Source: Massalongia carnosa (Eukaryota). From it: DNA of 64,000 nucleotides. The notes beneath the pieces are model-generated. The model ran no database searches. It saw nothing but the letters and a program-made list of their open reading frames with translations, and was not told the origin of the DNA. Positions 48,956 to 60,200 of this stretch are shown in pieces (the stretch's first letter is position 1; each line of letters begins with the position of its first letter). The stretch lies in the NCBI GenBank assembly GCA_965645245.1, contig OZ287072.1, positions 1,984,001 through 2,048,000 of the forward strand, read 5' to 3'. Both the position numbers and the translations under genes were made by a program.

Positions 48956-49377
48956 TTTGTATCAAGGAGAGGGGGAGCGTCAAGGGGAATCGTGATGTAT
49001 TTCGAAGAGTCAAGAATCGCCGATTTTAAGTGTACATAGACAGCCCTCCCCTAAGCCCAGCCCAGCACTAGGGCTTTAAGATGAACTTTCCCCCTCCTCT
49101 TTTCCCTTCCCTTTTCTTATTTTTCCACCAACCCCTTCCCGTGTAAGAACCCCCCTACTTCTTATGTAAAAATAAGCCCCTCCCAAACAAAACGCCTTTC
49201 CCTACTTACCTATTTACTACCTAGATACGTGCAACATGTATGTATGTATGCGATGCGCTGCCCGTTAATTGGATACTTCCTTCCCCCCCTTATTGGAAAA
49301 ACACCCTGTTGCTAACCCAATGTATAGATAGATAGGCTTATAGATATGTGGGTAGATACATTTCATGTATATATATT

Positions 49378-49409
49378 TCCATCCCATCCCATCCCATCCC
49401 ATCCCATCC
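49378..49409. repeat. (ATCCC)n microsatellite
   Basis: About 6 tandem ATCCC units. Confidence 0.85.
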
Positions 49410-49697
49410 ATTCCACTCCTAGCGACCCAAACACCAAATAATGAATACTAATCTGCATGCACCAACCCCACGCCATTGCGGCCCCCCCCTCCTCCCCCAA
49501 AACCACTATTACCTAACACCTTTCCTGCGACCTGGGACATTCGCCCTTGATTCCCTTTCCCTCCAACCCCCAAACCCTATACTAATCCCAATCCCGTTCC
49601 CTTCCATTAACAAACCCGGCTCCGGCACCCCTCCAAAACCCCCCGAAAATGTCTTTTCCAATCCCATTCCATTCCATACGACAGCTAATCCCTCCCC

Positions 49698-50936
49698 TTA
49701 CCTAAGTTCCTCCTCATCCACCTCCCATCCTCTCCTCTCCTCCTCCTCCTGCTCCTCCCTACTAATTACTACTCCCACCTCCCCTTCGCCTTCCCCGTTC
49801 TCCGCCAACCGCCTCAGCGCGCTGGTGAGACATTTCCGCGCGTCGAGCTCCTGGCTATCGCGCGAGGGGCGGTAATGATTCGTGACGATGGTGACGAGGG
49901 AGGCGTAGATGGCGTAGCTGTGGATCCCGTGAGAAAAGGGAAAGAGGGGGGCGGTGAGCGGATGAAGGGGAGGAGGAGATGAAGACAAAACTACGAGGGA
50001 AGAGGAGACTTACAGCGCGCCCTTCCCGTAACCATGATGATCGTCCCCCCAGGTGGAATCTCCCCACACGGCGGCCCCTAGCCCCACCAAGCCCGCGACT
50101 TCGTTTTTTCTCCGGTCGATGAGGACCCCAACACCCAAGCCGCCCGCAACTCCATCGTCCCAGTCCCCTTCGTCTCCATCGTCCCTGCTCCCGGCGCCAA
50201 ACCCGAGCACCAGCCTCGCCTCCCGCACCGCTTCCAGTTCCGGTCCCATGCGCCGCACCACGGCCCGGATCTCTCCGTACGGTAGCGCGACCAGCATGTC
50301 TTCAGCGTCCATCAGGATATTCGCGATCATGTCGTCGAACGCCTCCTTCCAGCTCAAGAACCCGCGGCCCTCGGCAACGAGCCAAGGGGGGCCAAAGGTG
50401 TGGGATGTGTATTGAGATGCGGCGAGAACACGGAGAGCGCGCAATTGGCGGCCGATGGATCGGTGTTCTGCGCGGGTGAGGTAGGGGCGGACAAGGGCGT
50501 ATGGAATTCCCGGCAGTTGGGTTATCAGGATGAAGGGACGGGTGGTGGTATTAAGAGCCGGGGGGTTGGAAAAGGAATTGAATGAGTGGTTCAGGAGGCG
50601 AGGAGTGGGGAGGCTACGGGATTTAGAGAGCAGAGCGAGGAGGGTAACTTCGGAGGCGAGGTGAAGGCGTTCGTGGCGGAGGAGGAAGGTGTTTGGGGAC
50701 GGGGCGGTTTTGAGAATGAGTTGGGTGGTGGTGGAAAGATGTATGAGAGTTGTGGGGTAAAGGTGCCCTGCGAGGGGTTCAAGTTGGTGTGCGGGGAGGT
50801 TCGGAGGAAGGGGTAGGGCGTGGATGAGGGAGGAGGTGGGAAGGGAAGAAATCGGGGGAGATGGTGTTGGTGAGGATGAGAGGAGAGAGGAGTAGATCTG
50901 GAAGGGCTCGAGGGTGGCGATGGGAGGAAGGTGCAT
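49698..50936 (-). CDS. Aminoglycoside-phosphotransferase/choline-kinase-like fold protein, apparently catalytically degenerate
   Basis: Exons ~50936-50014 and ~49930-49698. LILKTAP..LLRHE..LASE..LL, PTPRLL, HTFGP, SWKEAF..LMDAEDMLVALPY, WGD, LYAIY, ELDARKCLT, which resemble fungal APH-like proteins. Confidence 0.65.
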
Positions 50937-51591
50937 GGTAAGAAGCGCTTTGATGGGACGAAGGACTTCCTAGGGTTTGGGTGGGATAAAGAATGCAGAG
51001 AGGACAATGGACGCGGGAGAAGAAACTCCCAGGGCCGAGAGATACATATAGAGATGAACTGAAGAGCATCATCGGATTTGACAGTGCAATGGCGTTATTG
51101 GCGCATAGGAGAGAAGGACAGTCTGTTTGCGGACTGTCTTTTTGCGGACAATCCGTCGACAGGTGAGTTACACGATGAATGAGTGGACAAGAAGGCGGAA
51201 AGAAGAGTACTTTTTCGACGAAGCGAAGCGAACCAACCTCAAGCCCGATGCGACCTCCGCAATCTTCGGCCGGAGGCGAGCCATGGTGGACGTTGGTGGT
51301 CAAGGATGTAGTCGCCTCCAGAATGTGACTGTGTGGGATGTAAAGGCAAGTTAACGGCGGTCGATTCAAATGGGCATTCAAATAGGCGGGATTCGTCAGT
51401 TATTTCTCCTTTCGGCTAGACGCCAGGTCGTCGGCGGAATGCCTGTGGCTGGACTAATCGCCCTCGCTGGCTGTTTCGACGCACCGCTTTCCTTATCCGA
51501 GTTAGCAGAATCTGGCAGTCCACAGAACCCAGCCCCGATTCGGGTTTCCGTACCCTGTATTGGTTCGGGTTTGGAGAATGAGATTAAGACT

Positions 51592-51645
51592 GAAAATGAA
51601 AATTAAAATGAAAATGAAAATGAAAATGAGAATGGGAATGGAATG
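51592..51645. repeat. (GAAAAT)n-like degenerate hexamer repeat
   Basis: GAAAAT GAAAAT TAAAAT GAAAAT... grading into GAGAAT/GGGAAT. Confidence 0.8.
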
Positions 51646-52091
51646 AGGAGATGTATCGCATATTCGAAACGCCATCGCAGCTTTCCTCGCGTGCTGGTAA
51701 CTATGCTGGTAACTACGTGGACTCTAGAACGTCATGTGGCTACGAACTCGATTTCATCCTGTTGGGAAATTTCGCTGCAGAACAGAATTTTTATCGCATG
51801 ACAGAGTACTTGTACGGAGCATGTTCACCTTTTGCGTTATGCAAGAGATTTGTCCCGATTCTCGGCTATTACTTTGGCTGAGCGCCAGGCATGACGGTGC
51901 GGCGGTAATTGGACAACGGCAGTTCTCGCTACACATTGCCTCCAGCGTGGGAAGCCCAAAAGCCACGAGGCCCCCGTGGCCACAGGATGAAGGTCTTTCG
52001 AAACCTCGCCTAACCGAACCAGCTTACCCAATCAAAACGTCGGCTGAAATTATCCCCAATCTCGACTGTGAAACGCGCCTAATCCCCGAGT

Positions 52092-53461
52092 TTAAGAATT
52101 CGAATCAGCGACCTTCGGCGTTGGCTCGTATATTTCTGCGAGGTTGAATCGTTTCAGTTGCTCAAAGTCGGCACCCACTACGCTCATACCGCAAATGTTC
52201 TGTTCAGACGTTAGAGTGGCTCGGAGGCATCCCGTTAGTCATTTGAGCTACCCGATAAATGTCCACAAGAATCATCAGGTCGTAATGCTTCAAATCCACC
52301 GAATGCCGGTCTCCGACAACGGCGGCTACCTGCTGAATGACCTCATCCCTTTTCATGACATGATGGTTCCGGATGGTTGGGCGAATCGCGAACTGTTGCG
52401 AATGAGACAGCCACTGTTAGCGAGCCCGCATACTTGCATTGGCGACGTCGATCTCCCATCGCTATATATGAACTCCCAGATCCGGGTACCGCCTGCGTCC
52501 ACACAGACCTGCTGATAGCAAGCAGGCCATTTCCCACCGTACCAATCGCATCAAAAGAGGTGGGTGGCAGCCTTGAACGAAACAACTTACTTTCTTGGGA
52601 ATGCCTCCTTCATGGTGAAATGCAGGACCCAGCACAGCCCTTGAAACTTCATTCAGGCCTTTTTCCGTGGCTTTCCCGATCCTAGTCATCGGCGTTAATC
52701 TTTTGATCCAGCGATGTTTTTTGGTGGTGGGTGAGTGGGAGGCATCCAGACAAATCCTATGGACGAATGAGACGGGCTCGATTGGAGCCTGCGTTTTGAA
52801 GAACAAGACTTGAGACACCCTCCACGTCAGATTGCATTCTTTCTCGCCAAAAAGCGGTCAGGCTTTCTTACCGCACTTGATATCGACCTTCACCGAGCGA
52901 AAGAGGCTTTCTTTTTCTGACCCTCGCATCCCCTGAATCTCTTGGTTGATTTCAGCCTCGATATCCGCCTCGATGCTGCCCTTGCTACTGTGGATCGCTT
53001 CATCCGTGTGTGTAGGAATGCCGTACATCGTAGATGCATACTACTCGTAGAAGAGCCGTTATTGATAATCAGAATTTCTTAGGAATACTCGGAGATCGGG
53101 CAGGAGAAGATCCAACATCTTCAAAGAGTTCTCTTAACTCGGCAGCACATTTGCCTTCCTTGTTCATGTCACATGTAACCCATATGCCAGCGTCTCCGGA
53201 TTCGATGCGTGCAGCGGTTGTGGCCGTATTTGATAGACCCTTTTTGGGTATAATCCATTGCTATGAACATTGGATGAGTATAGATATATAATGCGTAGAG
53301 TACACATGAAAAGAACAAAACTTAAAGACAAGCCTTTCGATGCAAGCGACCATTGCGCACCGTATCTTGATCGACTACGTAGATAATTGACTTACTCTGG
53401 CCTTCTTTCGAGAGTTTTCGCCACTCCCGTTCTGGGAGCTGCGCTTCTTATTTTCACCCAT
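52092..53461 (-). CDS. TAN1: THUMP-domain tRNA acetylation adaptor (Tan1-like)
   Basis: Six exons from MGENKKRS. GDAGIWVTCDMNKEGKC, DIEAEI, VLFFKT, RWIKRLTP, FAIRPTIRN, VDLKHYD, CGMSVV..FEQLKRFNLAEI. Confidence 0.85.
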
Positions 53462-54453
53462 ACTGTTAAGAAAGGGATCGAGAGCCGGGCCTTAGTGTTG
53501 AGACGCTTCTCGATGTTTGAACAGCAGTTCTATGTGAGAGGGAAGAGAAGAAAGTGCAATGCTCCGGTTGCATGGGTTTTGGAAGCATAAGATGTTTACA
53601 ACAGCTATACCGGATACATTTGATTTTTATACAGGTACATCAACAAGAATGCTCGTTTGATTCCGTACAATTTTTGGGGGGGGTTTTCAGAGCTGGAATG
53701 ACCGTTTCTCAATAAGCTTCTATGTTTGTAGATACCGCAACAATACCAAGCCCCTGAGTACCTAGACGTTGTCATTTTCATGGGTCGTGGTTTTTCCACC
53801 TCATTTCTACTGTGATGCCTCCTCTCAACAACACGAACATGTTAAGATAAGAATTTCATCAGTCATAGTGGATCAACGCTATACACGATTTTCCTTTCCA
53901 CATTAATATGCCACCACTACAGTTCTCTTGGCATAAGTCACAAATAACGCCTAGTCCAACCTCTCACTCACTTCATCATCCGTGTGCATCTCCTGCGTTT
54001 CTGAACATGACTTCATGAGTGAAATACATAGGAGAACCATAGTAAATCTTGTTCATAGGCAGCAGAAACCAAAGCTAATGCCATTTGCTGCGGCATCTCC
54101 AGAGCCCAGTTGTAAACAGTTCGAGAAGATCTCTCGCAGGTATCCATTCTTCAACCATTCTTCTGTAAGCGGAAAAGCATAGCTTCCTGGTTCCTTTACG
54201 GTGTATCTGTGTATGAGAGTTGTTGTGAGAACTGATATAGGACCAGAGTGGTGATTAAATTCTATTATTCCAAAGAATGTACGCACAAGTTATCCAACCG
54301 TGACAGGCATGCATCGTAGAATGACAGGAACTCGACACAGCCAAAAGTTCCTCTTGGGGTAGCTGACTCCCTCATTCAATGTAACTGAACGACTTCTTGA
54401 GTTAACTGAAATGCTTGAAGGGTAAAGTGTACGTACATACAGTACTCATACTA

Positions 54454-56596
54454 TCGCTTTCGTCGCTGCGAAGGCACCACCCCCTCGCACTAACTGTAAA
54501 TGGTCTAAACCTCCCGAAACTTGAAATATTGACCAATCAAGTCTAGATGTTGCTACCCCTATTTGCCAGAGTGTCCAATCAATTACTATTTACATGTATC
54601 CCATTCACCCCTTTGAATTCAGATGAATTGCTTGCCAGCAGTCCTGATTTTTACAGCAAGGCTTAATCGGATGACATCCTCCACATGCCCACTTTGTCTG
54701 AGCACCTCGTCGCTTTCTTTTGTTTCCATTAGCGTCTCTTTCAGTCAGTGGTTCCCTCTTTCGCTTGGAAGGTCTTGTTTTATTGACATTGCAATGCACA
54801 CATCATTTTTTTTTGTTCAAATGAATGTAATGATGCTCAGGAGGACTGACAAAACAATCAGTTGTGGTTTGAACGCTTGTTTGAGGCTCATATCGTCGTC
54901 TTTGACCAGCGGGATTTCTCAGAAGATGAAGAGAAAGATGACGAATAAAGTCAGCACGATCGAGAATTTTTTCTGTTATTTCGGAGTTGTTCAACAGATA
55001 GAGCTTGTATGCGTATAACGCAGCAGCATCTAACAAAAAAATAAACAAAGGCCACCAATAACGATCACTTCGGCGTTCATATGAATAAGTTGCTCTTTGC
55101 TGAGCATTTTCATCCGAACCTCCCATGTGAAGATTGTATTCTCTGATGGGAACAGGAACCGGTAATCCTAAAGGCCATAAAGGCGTTTGATCAGGCAGCA
55201 AAGTGGTGTGTGCATGAATTGATGGATAATAGGATATAATCGGTTCAACCAAGCCTTCTGGAATTCCATGTCTTTTGAAAGGATGTGAATAGTATGAACG
55301 ATCAAGCTCTAGAGGATCATGGAACGTAGTCATAAGCTGAACAGTATTGTTATCCACCCAGCCTAAACAAAGCACTTTATCATCGACAGTCGTACTGGTA
55401 CGAAGGCCCCAATGTTTCGCTGTTGTGGCCACATCTCTCAGGGCTACCAGAGCCTTTCTTGGCTGTTCCACAGGCGGCAATTCCTATTGATCGAAGAGCT
55501 TTGAATGGCTTTGTGCTGGTAAAGAAGTTGTCGCAAAAAAGAACATAGTTCAGTGGTTCGGGAAGCGTTTGACAGAGCTGAATTACCACCAAAGCACTAT
55601 CAGAAAGGCCATGTTTGATCAGAAATCCTAGCTGTCTGGCGGTTTTTAATTGACTGATTTTGGTAACTCTCGAGGCAAATAGGAACGATATCAGATAATT
55701 ATTCTGACAAAGACTATATATTTTTAACCCTTTGCGGGCATGCTTGGAAGCTATTTGCAAAGTATGACGTGATCGACCTTTGAACTTAATCAATTGCTCA
55801 TCAACTGAAACAATGCTTCCTGGTTGATAATATTTCAACGAAGCCGTTTGAAAATCAGTAGCAAGCGGCTCCAATTTCTTCCACCAATCAGGTCCTTTGC
55901 CCATGTCTGAAGGCTCTGTACGTCCGTTGTTTATTTTCAAGAATCGTTTGATATTTTCAAATCGATTCAGAGACATAGCCTCCTGAATAGACACGAAAAC
56001 AGGCTTATCAGGACATGTATTCCAATAGTCGCTCTCCGAAGGCGCATGATACAAGCCCATAAACAAAAGAATGCCCAGAAACACCTCGATCTCAGGCCCA
56101 ATAACGTCATTCCATGCGCGGTGATTATTCTCCTTCTCTTTCTTTATATAGTCGTGTGCCTTGATATTGGTATGATACGCGATGGTGCGACAGTGCTGAG
56201 CTGAAATGAACAGTTGAAACAATTCAAGAGGCGAATCAGCAAGGCCTTTAGCCAGTGATTTAGGAGGTCTGTCATCAACTGACACGGAAGTGTAATTGGG
56301 GGAGGGGTGGAATATCGGCCAAAATGCTTTCGACGGTGCGCTTGCTATTGATTTTGTGCTGCTTTGCTGAGATAGGAGATTTATCTGAAACACTAGGAAT
56401 CTCTTCTTCATTTAGTCCCATGTTTTCCAATTAAATATGAGATGATAATCACAATAATTGATGAGCAGTTAAATCAGTTCGTGAGGTTGAGAATGGTGAT
56501 GCTTGGGGTTAAAAAGGTAAACAAAATTTTGATGTTCTGATTACTAATGCAAAGCAGCTAATTACTAGTGCGAGAGGGTGGTGCCTTCGCAGCGAC
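54454..56596 (-). mobile_element. piggyBac-like DNA transposon 2 (decayed; right terminus clipped)
   Basis: 31-bp inverted repeat GTCGCTGCGAAGGCACCACCC(C/T)CTCGCACTA at 54462-54492 and 56566-56596 around a piggyBac transposase. Confidence 0.85.
54605..56411 (-). pseudogene. piggyBac-family transposase pseudogene
   Basis: Paralog of transposase 1 (GPDWWKKLEPLATDF, VSVDEQLI, FCDNFFT, YNLHMGGSD, Cys-rich tail). Frameshifting deletion near 55450 and in-frame TGA at 54803-05. Confidence 0.9.
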
Positions 56597-57278
56597 ACCT
56601 TTGCTTGGTAAACTAGGTAAGTTAGACCTTGGGCGTTAAGCAGGTAACGCTAAACCTAATAAAGAGTAAATACACGACGTCCAAACTTCCCACATCATCT
56701 TTATATTCATCTCCACCATCACCCTCTCATGAACGAGGTTGAATAACGGCCTTGCATCGCCAATGCCCTATGACTGACGGTTATAGATATATTATAATAA
56801 ACACAAAGGCAGACGTCTTTTCCTCAACGCATCTGACCTTCCAACAGGGCGTGCAGTAGCAATCATCCCTTCCCTTTATCTTGCCTATCAGCTCTAACGG
56901 CCCCATGTGCAGGTCTGATCATCGTATACATAGGCCACTTTGCTCAATCTATCCTTCTAATATTTGGTTTACGTCTCACAGCTTCCAATAAATACCCCCA
57001 AAACTGTCCGTTCGCCAATACCCAACCCCTTCCATCAGCAGTTGCTCCTGGTGCCTTGTGGCTCGCAGGAAGAATTGCGATCGCTCGAAGACAGCGTCAT
57101 ACTCGTCGCTCGTTGTATACTTTCGGTAAGGATTCTGAGGTTGATGGGTTGAGGAATGCAGGGTCGTTCGGCTGTCAAGCTCCCTATGGAATATTGCCTA
57201 GCATTCCTACCGCCTCAACCATGCGCTTTTAGCAATCCGCGGCAAGAGTCGCAGGCATATACGACTGCTCATTGAAGC

Positions 57279-60200
57279 ATGACCTCGCGTCAGCGATCAT
57301 CATCCGCACGCTCAAACAACTCTGACCTAAATCAGAGACAAACTTCATCCCCTTCACCTTCCCGCTACCCCCCAAACCGGTCTGGGTCTACTGTACCCGA
57401 GGATTTGATATTGAACGATGTTCCCGCCTACGGCCCTAGTAATCCACAACCGTCACTGCTAGTCCCTTCGCAAGGGAGTGGCTCCCCGTATCCTGCCATT
57501 TCAAGCAGTGGGGAGCCCTATACGCAAGCGCTTGCCGCATCGCAGCGGCCGAGAGTGAGCTCTGCAGACCAAACGAGCGGGAAACCGGGTAGTTACCGCT
57601 CCGCTCTCCGATCAGGTGGAGGGCCTCAGATTCATCTGAATTATCCACAGGGACAAAGGCAGATGTTAGGTATAGTTATGGATTCAAGGGCGCCATATAT
57701 CCCGGCACCTCCAACCCCAAACCTCTCCGCATCTCATCAGCAGAATCACCTGATGTCTCTGCCTCCCCCTCCTCCGCGTCCGCCGGCTATGAATGCATCC
57801 CATGGAATAGTCCTTCCCCCTCCACCAGGACCTCCACCGGGAGCTTCACACGGATTATCCGCCGGATGGGCACAGTCGAATTGGGGAAGGTCGCAGGGTT
57901 ATTTGCCACCTCCTCCCCCCATGACACCAGGTCAAGCCAATAGCCAGCATAACTCGTACAATCCAAACCATGGTTACCAGAATCATCATCCAGCTCCGCT
58001 AGCGATTCCTCCTCCGCCTCCACAAGTAGAACCACCACCTCTGACTTCTGCAACATACATCCCTTTTGGGGAATCATTTGGGCCTGGGGTCGGCATCCCT
58101 GCTCTTCACTCACAACAGCAGCCAAACTACAATCGTGGGGATGGCTCTGATTTCTATGGTGGTAGCGAAGCTGCAAAAGTGGCTGCCGACCAAAGATATT
58201 TCAATGGATCTTCATCTACCATTTCGCCAAGCAAAGAGCTTCCAGCAAATTCATACTACAATCCCTCTATACCTCAGACACCTTTGACTCGCCACCATCA
58301 GCATGTGTACCCTAACCGCGAGACAATGGAATATATCTCACCAGCGCCGCTACCCACAAAAATGCATTATACACCAGCACAAACCCCCATATCCAATGTC
58401 GCTACCCAAGCCGTCATTTCGGTCAGTGGTCACCGTTACACCAACAGCAATAACTCATCCAGTCTCTTATCACCGAGCGATCCCAGCGTGCAGTGGCCCA
58501 TCGAAAAGGTTTTGAGTTGGCAGGCCGCTAATGGGTTTTCCAATGACTGGCAGGAAACGTTCAAAAACTTAGATATCCAGGGCGCGGATTTCCTGGGACT
58601 GGGTCAAGGCAATGGCGGGAGAGGAAATTTCGGGATGATGCACAAAATGGTTTACCCTAGGCTAGCGCGAGAGTGTAGCGAAAGTGGCACAGGGTGGGAT
58701 CAAGCTAGGGAGCGAGAAGAAGGAAAGAGAATGCGGCGGCTCATTCGTAGAATCGCTGACGATAGCTCCCAAGCGTTTCATTCCCGAAGTGAGTCTACGT
58801 ATATACTTCCCAGCGCATCAACTGATGGAGGGGTGGAGAGCTCGCCTAATCTGAGCAGGCAAGATGGATATATTCATACACCTATTACGGCTGGCGGAGG
58901 CGAGGAAAGTCCTGGGAGGCAGCTGGGTTTCAGATCTCCGGGACCTGCATCCACTCAGCGTATGCACTCAAATCATCGTAGAAGTACAGCTCCAATCTCT
59001 ACGGCACCCGGTAATGAATCCAATGGGGCGGATTCTGGACCTGCAGTACAGCGAACGGGCTACACCCGAAGCATTCTTAACGGCATTAACGACCCGGCGT
59101 TGAGGTGGCATAGCCCTAGCGCTTCCAGTGATAACGGGAGCGGCTTCCTGGGTGATGGCGTTCGACCTAGCTACGACGCAAGTCCACAAAGCGGTAGCCC
59201 AGCAGCTCAGCATGCTGTTTTGGCATCTTCAATTGGTAGTGGTACTCTTTCAGCATCGCCTTGGAGTCGCTTTGGGCACCGTAAGAACAATAGCACGGAT
59301 TCTATAGCCTCGAATAATGCAGCCAACTCTACCTCCAGCCTCTTACGGGGAGCGACAGGCACGGACACTGGTGTATCAGGGAGGCTATCTGTCTCAAAAA
59401 GGAATGGCAAGAACGGTCATCGACCTCCAACTCTAGAGGTTGGGGGCCGACAAGGAAGCAATGATGGTCCAGCCAGCGCCAAAGAGCCGACAAAAGGGTT
59501 CTTAGATAGATTTCGAAAACGTAGAAAGGATGAACCAACCAATCCGTCGGAGGAGGAGCGTAATCCAGAATCACCACCTATGAGTCCGCTGAACTTTCGC
59601 TACGATCCGCCAAACTTACCATTTGCGGGGCCTGCCGCTAATCACAGCAATATATCCGTCGATAGACTTTCATCGACATCAACCATGGCAGAACATGAGA
59701 AGCTTGCTAATCGAGAGCCGAATCTCTCACACTCGAACGCAGGTAGAAAGTACATTTTCGTCACCCCGGATCGTTGGAATTATCGATTAGTAGATGTCAC
59801 TGACGTGGACTCTGCTGATATAATTCGTGAAAGTATCTCGACAGCGCTAGGGGGCACAGGGCGGGAGTTGATTCAGCTATACTTTACAGAAGCTGGCCAG
59901 TTAGATCATGATGAGCCGCTTTCTGATAACTTGCTGTCTATGTCAAGACATAGCAAAGCAGATGCTACTGGCTCGCTGAAACTTTTTGTACGTTTTATTC
60001 CTAACTCGGCAGGTTTGCTGCAAACGCCCCTATCTGCAGGTCTCGGAATCGGCGACTCCCCGAGACCATTACACTCACCTCCGTTGGGCGGCTTCTCTGC
60101 TCGGCACACGGTTGAGGGAGGGGCAAATACACAACCAAGAACCAATGGTCGGCAACGGTCCAGGTCGCCGGCTATGACTTCGCAAGAAACCACGCTTAGC

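Noticed and set aside
48953..49060. Stop-codon read-through giving a peroxisomal PDC isoform
   Set aside because: Stop context is TGA-TTT rather than TGA-CTA, and the extension ends KCT, not a PTS1.
52393..52590. Possible 19-nt poison cassette exon (CAG|GTCTGTGTGGACGCAGGCG|GTACC) or ncRNA in the 198-nt TAN1 intron
   Set aside because: Branch point and donor are weak and could arise by chance. RNA-seq would be needed.
53600..54420. Short minus-strand ORFs between TAN1 and piggyBac-2
   Set aside because: Fragmentary, with no recognisable motifs and no consistent splice path.
54438..54444. TACAGTA as a Tc1 excision footprint beside piggyBac-2
   Set aside because: A 7-mer in TA-rich sequence is unsupported without an empty-site allele.
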